Assembly (NCBI RefSeq): GCF_009914755.1
Contig: NC_060930.1
DNA from: the human T2T-CHM13v2.0 reference genome, Homo sapiens
Strand: one strand, 5' to 3'
Length of the DNA stretch: 64,000 nucleotides
Shown: positions 56,162 through 64,000 of the stretch, piece after piece
How the letters are laid out: each line of letters opens with the position of its first letter
Numbering within the stretch: the first letter of the stretch is position 1
Translations under genes and position numbers: made by a program
Notes under the pieces: model-generated
Seen by the model: only the letters and a program-made list of their open reading frames with translations
What the model was told of the DNA's origin: nothing
Database searches by the model: none

Positions 56162-56949
56162 TGTAGTAAGCAGGCAATGATAGTTTTCATGCTTAATATC
56201 ATTTACTGCAATGAAGCAGTTGGCAAATTTAACAGTAACATATGTTTGGTTAATATATATGTATTTATAATTCACTGAAATAAATTAATATTTATCATTT
56301 TATCATACAAATTTCAGTTGGACTTGTTTCCTTTATAGAACTCGCTATGACTAGAGTAAAAATGGAATTTAGACTGCTAAAGGAAAATATTCACAAGGCT
56401 TCATTCATTTCCAGAGTTAGCAATGAAAGCAAACTTTTCAATAGTAATTCATGCAATTTTAGATTCTTTGGTTTTGCACATAAAGATGAGTCATCACCAA
56501 AGAGATTTTTATGTAGTAAAAAAATACATAAAGGCTTTTTATATAATTTTCTTAACAAAAGGGCATTAAATCTGAAATTATAATTTATTACAGAAAAAGC
56601 ATTTGGTAAGTGGAAGAAAACAGCATGATACTTAGAATCATGGGATTCTAACAGTCAAAATTGAAAAGTGACATGAGTTCCCAGATATCCTCTCAGTCCT
56701 TATGGTGAGCTGTTTATGATCTCTGTGACATGAGGACATTTTAAAATTCAAGCCATGAATTAGAAGTCATTCTGAAGAAAAAGTAACTGCTGAATGCTAA
56801 TTCCAGTGTTTTCTATTTTCTGCAGATAGCAAAGCCATTTCCAAATTGCAGCAGTCTAGCCCTCTCTCCTTAAGTACACGTCTTCTCCCAGCCTTCCAAA
56901 TCTCTCCGAAGCAAATTTTTTCAACCCCTTCCTACTTCCACTGTGCCAA

Positions 56950-57128
56950 TATTCCTCAAATAATTGATTTTGGCTGTGTACATCAGAATCATCAAAAGGT
57001 GCCTGTGAAAATGCAGTCATGGGCTCCATTTCAGTCCTTCTGAATCAGAATCTCGGGGGGTGGAGCTCAAGGAACTGCTATTTTTACAAGCACTCCAGAT
57101 GATTCTATGCATATCCGAAGTTGAGAAT
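56950..57128. mobile_element. MER5-like DNA transposon
   Basis: ggctgtgtacatcagaatca...ctgaatcagaatctcgggggg...tttttacaagcactccagatgattct...aagttgagaa. Confidence 0.7.
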
Positions 57129-57524
57129 TACCATTTAATGTAATGATCTACCTCAGAAATCTCATAAAATATCTTGGATTTGCAGATAGTCTGATATACT
57201 AATGAAAGCAAAATATTTTTTCTTTGGTTTCTTTTTTGAAATTCAATTGGTTTCTCTAACTTCTGATAAGAAATATTAGATAGCTCACCATCAATCCATA
57301 GCTCAGGAAGAATAAAACCAAAGTTTTCATATTTGCCACAGATAAGGCTCCTCCCCTTACCTGTCAATCAGTGGCACTCTCTCCTAGTTATCAGCTACTC
57401 AAAATAATTTAAATGAATAATCTTTGACTTGGGCTTTCATGTTTTAAATCCAATTAGTCACTAATCACATAAATTCTCCCTTCATTAAGAGGCTGACTGT
57501 TGTCAAATCCATCTTTAAGTTGAA

Positions 57525-58005
57525 AACCATTACCTGAGCACCTACTGTGTGCTAGGAAATGGTGATATAAAGATTAATCAGACATGATCCCTGCTTTGAG
57601 ATCCTCACAGTCTAACCAAAATGAGATATCATAAATAATCCTCCATGCTAAGTGCTGTGGTACCCACATGTCAAAAATGCTGAGAGTTCACATAGAATGA
57701 ACCAATTAATGATTCCTATGGGGTCTGTGAAAGGAGCAAAGTGGAGGCAATATTTGAGCTGATATTTTTTAAAAACTAAGTAGTTCACCAAAAAGACAGT
57801 GAGAAAAGAACACTCAAGAGAGAAACTAACAGGAATGAGAACACAGGGATTAAAAAAAAAAAAGAGGATTGGACAGAAGGGTCCTGCCTGTGTGCTGGGG
57901 AATGACTGCAGTGAAGCCAAGAAGGTGTTCTGTTGCAGACGGTTTTGTGTGGCATGCCAAATTGTTTGAACTTATTCTGTAGGCAAAGGGAGCCACCAGA
58001 GGGTT
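57525..58005 (-). mobile_element. L2 3' region
   Basis: tgagcacctactgtgtgctagg...cagacatgatccctgc...cacagtcta; tttgaacttattctgtaggcaaagggagccac. Confidence 0.65.
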
Positions 58006-58650
58006 TCATTTTCTTATTTCTAATTAAATTTTTATGTTTATAAAAAATACATACATATGATTTTAAAATTCAAATACTATTGCTGTCCTTAAAATAAAAT
58101 CAGTATTTCTCTGTTTCACCTCTTTCCATCCCCAAGTCTTTCCTCCCTCAGGCATCCACGGTGTACACTTAAAGCTGTTTTAGTATTTACCTTCACATTT
58201 CAAAATAAAATGGAGCACTGAAGAATTTTCATTGTAGAATCAACAAGTGCTTGTATCAAGTCTTTTCTTTTGGCCCATTTCTTCTGCAAAGAGGAATTAT
58301 CTGGTCTCCCATCGAAGGGCATAAGCCTAGTTGCCAAGAGGAAGGAGACTCAGCTATCCTACTGGGTATATAGACTCTGCCTCTATCAACATACATTCTA
58401 GCTACTTGACTTCTCCCTGGACAGCAGTCCCTGATGCTTAACCTATCCAGGAGACTTCTTTTGATCTGAAGTTATAATAAATCATATACTATCAAATAAG
58501 CCAAGACATTAATTTTGGCTTTATTCTTTGATGATCCCAAGTTACCTAAATTTTATACAGCACCTAGACTGGTTTCTATCAGTTAGATGAGGAAATTGAA
58601 TAGGACCAGAGTGACGGTAAGGGTTGGTAAATGCTGAAGTCTTTCAATGC

Positions 58651-58980
58651 CAGGGTCATTAATCTATAGCCTGTGAGCCAAATCCTATCTACTACCTATT
58701 TTTGTACAGCTCATGAGCTAAGAGTGGTTTTTATATTTTTAAGTGACTGGAAAAAAAATCAAATAAATATTTCATGATGCATTAAAATTATATAAAATCC
58801 TTATTTCAGTGTCCATAAAGTTTCATTGGTGTATGATCCTCTTTAGTTTTTACATATTGTCTACGTCTGATTTTATGCTACACTTGTGTAATTGAGCAGC
58901 TATGACAAAAGAAAGCCACATATCTTGCAAAGTCTAAAATATTTACTATCTGGATCTCTACAGAAGTTTACCAACCCTTA
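58651..58980. mobile_element. MER58B-like hAT-Charlie DNA transposon
   Basis: cagggtc..ctatagcctgtgagccaaatcc...atttactatctggatctctacagaagtttaccaaccc. Confidence 0.75.
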
Positions 58981-60032
58981 TTCTAGAGCACTTAGTTGGA
59001 AACAATGTCAAGAGTCACAGGTGAGCAGCTTTAGGCTAGGTAGTTTGGCCAAAGGTAAGAGTCAGATCCCTAGCAGAGAAATTGAAGGGAAAGAAATCAA
59101 ATGTGTTTTCTTTCCACTGGATTCTCTTTCATTCTTTTTGAATAGTCATTTTTTATGGTTGATATTAAGCCTTAGAGCATCAAACCTCAGCAAATGTCAA
59201 ATGCTAATAATTCTCCATGGAACTTTTCATTTCAGTTTCTGATCTCACCGTGGTCTACATCGTTATTGTCTACAGCACTTACCATATATATTTTTAATTA
59301 TCTGTATATGTATACAATCTGTTTCCTCACATAAATTGTAAGCTCCTGGGTGGCTGAAAAGCAAAACATAAACAAATGATGCCTTACACTGTCATGTATT
59401 CATGTATCTCCAAGGCCTAGAACAATATATTTATGCCAATATGCTCACAAATGTTGAAGATGATGATAGTATGTTGTGAATTACCTGTACTTTTCTTTCT
59501 CAGGGAAAAGAAAATAAATCCCTACAAAAAATGTTTCCACCTTGTAAGAATTCCAACTATATAGATTTTTGACAGGGCTGAACCTATTAGATACTAGTCT
59601 GGGAGTTTGTTAAATACGCAATAAAACATGTGTTTCACTGGTTGAACTGGCTGAAAAAAGACACATTTGGAGCTATTTTGATTTCCTTCTCTTTGGAATT
59701 CCAGTCCCACCTCCTCCAACCCCCACATGCATACATGGGCATCTTACTCACTCCATCCAAGTACATTTGAATCACAGAAGAAACTTTTTGATTGTGAAAT
59801 AAAAGCAGAGAATAGTTTTCAAATGAATATGTGCTGAGCCATAAAGTGAAAAGAAAAAATGCAAAAATACTTCTAGTCAACATAGCTTATATTTCTAATT
59901 TTCACCCAGGACACTAGAGGAAAGAGTGAACTGTAGTTTTCATTTAACTCACTAAGACACCAATATGGCAGTGTTAACCTTTTCCCTCTTGTGTCTTCAG
60001 TATTATTTAGTTGATACAAATTGTTCTCATTA

Positions 60033-60335
<303 letters not shown>

Positions 60336-61377
60336 CAAATAATTTGTTCTCATTAGGCCGTTAATGGACTTCTGGCTGGTAATCTCAATTGGAACTGGTT
60401 GTAGCCATTCACTGTGCAAGTGACCAAGGTGCTGTTTACTGTGGTTTAACATTTGGAAGGAAAGGAAGCAGGCTTATAAATAATTGCTTAATGGTTCTGT
60501 CTCAATTGTAATTCTGAAAATTTAAGAGATCCAAATAGTATCACAGATTTCCCTTTTTGGTATTAGATGAAATAATTGAAGATATTATAAAACCTTAACC
60601 ACTGATATCATCTGTATATTGTGTGAAGGAAGCTTTGGTATACTCGACTTAAAAACACTTCTCTAAATTGACATACTAAAAGTCAAGTTGCAAGGAAGAG
60701 AAAGCCGCTAGGCCAAGGGGACACACACCAATTGGACAAACAGCAACAGAGCTTCAAAGGGTCTGAGACAGACTTTGAGGAATAATAGAAGGGGGAAAAG
60801 CAAATTGGCAATTTTTCATGAAGATAATCATTTCATTAAAATCTTGCCATCACTTCCCCTTTGGTGCCAGCAGACCGATACTAAACTGCTATGGAGACAC
60901 TTTCCTAGCATGGGTCACAAACAACATTGAAGGCAACATAAATTTAGGATGCTTGCTACTTTGCTAATCATTTTGGAACTCAAATGTGAGGAAACATTTC
61001 TTCATTAATATCAAGAACCCAATTCAAACTTCTAAATATAACAATGAGCACAGAGAGGGTTCTCCATAGTAACGTTGAAAATCCTTCATTGCTTTAATCA
61101 TATCCCCAGTCAGGTTATAAGTTGCAATAATGAGCTGAGAACCTGGCATGTGGTACACGCTGGTAAATACCTTGATAGTGAATATATGAATGAACCAACG
61201 ACTAAATACCCGGAGGTTTGGGTATATGACTCCACAGATCCTATCAGTGCAAATGTTTTAAAAGCATAAAGTACTTTGTATATATCATGGACAAAGGTAA
61301 ACATTTTAAAGTTACAGTCCAAAGCATATTTGGTTATGGAATTCTGTATGGGATAGCTCTTGTTGAACAAGTTTCTG

Positions 61378-61664
61378 CTTTGAGACAGGATCTCAATCTG
61401 TTGTCCAGGCTGGAGTGCATTGGCACTATCTTGGCTCAATGCAATGTCAGCCTCCTGGTGCTCAAGTGATCCTCCCACTTCGGCCTCCCAAGTATCTGGG
61501 ACTACAGGATAGCGTCACCACACCCAGTTAATTTTTGCATTTTTTTGTAGAGATGGGTTTTCACATTTTGGCCAGGCTTGTCTTGAACTTGTGAGCTCAA
61601 GCAATCCACCCACCTTAGCCTCCCAAAGTTCTGGGATGACAAGCATGAGCCACTGTGCCCAGCC
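61378..61664 (-). mobile_element. AluJ
   Basis: ttgagacaggatctc...gctcaagtgatcctcccac...gctcaagcaatccacccacc, J-type diagnostic positions. Confidence 0.88.
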
Positions 61665-62787
61665 ACTGAGCACATTTCTAATCATGGTAAAAATAGCAGC
61701 AGCACATTAGAGAAACAAGTTTGTCCATTTCTTGTTCGGCAGACATTATGAAATTAGTGTCTATTCTCATGATTACTCTGATGGATACTATTTTTTTTTT
61801 TTTTTTTGGAGAATCAGTAATTTTGCATCCTTGGGAGAAAGAGGGATTTGTGATATTGCTACAGAATCTTTTTTCTCTTCATTCTGCTAACATTTTGATC
61901 TTCCCTGGAACAGTACACAGATGAAAATATTTCTTTTTATTATTGTGTAGTGTGAATAATAGAACCCAGAACTTAGAAATTACACTGTTCTCCATGAAAG
62001 CTGAGAAACTTGCTTGAGGGCACACAGAAAATTAGAAAAGGGCCAGAATTAACTTTTATGTTCCCCATAAAGTCTTAATGTTTTACGTTTTATGTTTTAA
62101 TCTGTCTCTTATTTCTTTTTTGTTCATGATAATGCTTGGCATTCATCCCTTAATTCCTCTTGGATATGCAGCAGGAATAAATGCCTTTCTAATCTAAAAG
62201 CCCCCCTTCCGAAATTCTCTTTTACAAGTTGCAATAATTGCTTTGTTTCCATTTACTCCTTGAACAATGTTTTTGTCCAAGTACCACGAAATCAAATGTT
62301 GAAGTGACCAGGCAGGTAAAATACACAAATGAAGTGGAACCCATGTAGATGGGATCGGAGTGACCCTCAACCCATTTCTGGGAGACCAGATGGTGGGGAC
62401 TGTGGGAAGCTGGTGACACAAGCCCAATGTAAAGGCTCTAATTTTCGGAGAGAACAGAAATTCAGGTTCGTATATAAGGCTTTTAAATTTTATTGTGTTT
62501 ATTTTGGTAACTAATTAAAATGTAAGATACTATAAAGGCCAAAACTAAAGACCAAACCAGGCTTGTCTGTGGGCTGTCTCTACGACAGCTCACTTCCTTT
62601 TTATAGTGCCAGATTCAGCTGCTGGGGGGCATTTCACTCTGTATTTGAACTGGCTTCTAATGTATCAGCAATAAATCACATTAAAGTAAATCTAAGAATG
62701 TTCTCAGTAATGCCAACATAGATGGATTAACTGTACAGCCTCCCCGGATGTCCGTTTATCAGGACAACTAATTTTACATTGAAAGGT

Positions 62788-63030
62788 AGTGTTATATACT
62801 AGTTAAGAACATAGCCTACGGAGTCACATTGCATGGGTTTGAATCCAGGCTCTGTTACTTACCAGCTATGTAACCTTGGGCAAGTGATTTAATTTCTTTG
62901 AGTCCAAAGTTTTGCATCTGTAAGATGAAGATAATGACAGTTATCATGGCAATTATATGAATATATATACACACATGGATCTATAGTACTTAATATCTAA
63001 ATTAGCAATATTTAATTATTTGCTATTATT
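62788..63030 (+). mobile_element. MIR
   Basis: gttaagaacatagcctacggagtcac...gggtttgaatccaggctctgttacttaccagctatgtaaccttgggcaagtgatttaa. Confidence 0.85.
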
Positions 63031-64000
63031 CACAAGTCATAGTGTTGGTGAAAAATAACAAAATTTTACATGTTTATGTCTCACCATATAAGGCCTCAGA
63101 TAACTTTCTCCTTCAGACAGAACATGTGGGAGAATAAGATCCCTGTGGCAAAATCCCATTCTTTGTCCTTAGCGCCAGATGCCATCACTTCTTGGAAATG
63201 TCATCATTGCATATTTCTCTGAGAAGAGATATAGAGTGAATTTTTAAAATACTAAAAATACTAGGAGTTAATAGCATGTCAAGTTATCTTTTTGCTTTTC
63301 TCTTTTTGGAGATCATCCATTTTAAAGTCAGGGACATTCTGTTTCAGAGTTGCAAGGCAGAAAAATCAAAGGACTTTTATTTTCCTCTTTTATGGGTTAC
63401 TGAAGCATGAAACTTATTGACAGATGCTAGCGCTAGATATAAGCTGCCATGCTGTTTTCCCCAAGTTCATTTTCACATTAAGTTATTCTGGCAGTTTTAA
63501 TTTTTTTAAGGTACCAAGAACCTTTTTAAATGCCTAGAAACGGAGAAAACAGAAGGTCATATCACATCTAAATCTATTTTACTTAATCATATAAGTTTGT
63601 AAATAGTAAACGACACAAAATTCATTTTTTGTAGCATAAATATCTTTGCCCACTGATGAAACTCAAGATGTGCTCTGCCCTTCAATGATTATGTAACTTC
63701 ATTTCCTGTACTCCTACAAATACATAAAATTATAGGACCTGCGCTTTCATTCTACCAAATTCTCTCTTTCCAAAGCAGAAGACCATCATAGGCTCTCAAA
63801 AATAATTCTGGTTGATTTTATGAAGATTGAGAAGAACACTTACTTCCATTCTGCTCTCACAAAGTGCTGTTAGGAAGTGGTCTTATGCCCATGCAAAATC
63901 CAACCCAGAAGCCAAGAAAAGCAGACATGCAGAAGCACAGAATCTCCCAAGATGGGAAGGCACATTAAAAATAACAATCTATACGCATGCTTGCACACAT

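Noticed and set aside
57990-58008. CTCF-like CCACCAGAGGG
   Set aside because: Lacks the downstream GC part of the core and lies within an L2 remnant.

Overview
AT-rich primate (most likely human or great-ape) nuclear DNA that looks intronic or intergenic. There is no CpG island, rRNA, tRNA, CRISPR array or long protein-coding exon. Much of the window is interspersed repeat: 9 Alu copies or fragments (several with clear target-site duplications), nested L1M LINE-1 remnants, L2 and MIR, MaLR/ERV solo LTRs (MST, MLT1, MLT2, MER34, MER41) and hAT DNA transposons (MER5, MER33, MER58). The supplied ORFs are mostly repeat-derived or chance. Best leads: (1) a TATA-Inr-3-exon spliced transcript model on + at 42.6-43.9 kb with a 38-aa spliced micro-ORF; (2) a clean 63-nt exon at 48190-48252; (3) an L1MA element carrying a fold-back inverted duplication of the same ORF2 segment (13.8-14.6 kb); (4) an RFX X-box/C/EBP/AP-1 motif cluster at 21.1-21.3 kb; (5) an antisense exon candidate at 28246-28342; (6) several perfect palindromes and informative retrotransposition junctions. 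Repeat subfamily calls come from recalled consensus sequences, and old-repeat boundaries are approximate. I could not identify the host locus, and I cannot demonstrate a novel biological system from sequence alone.
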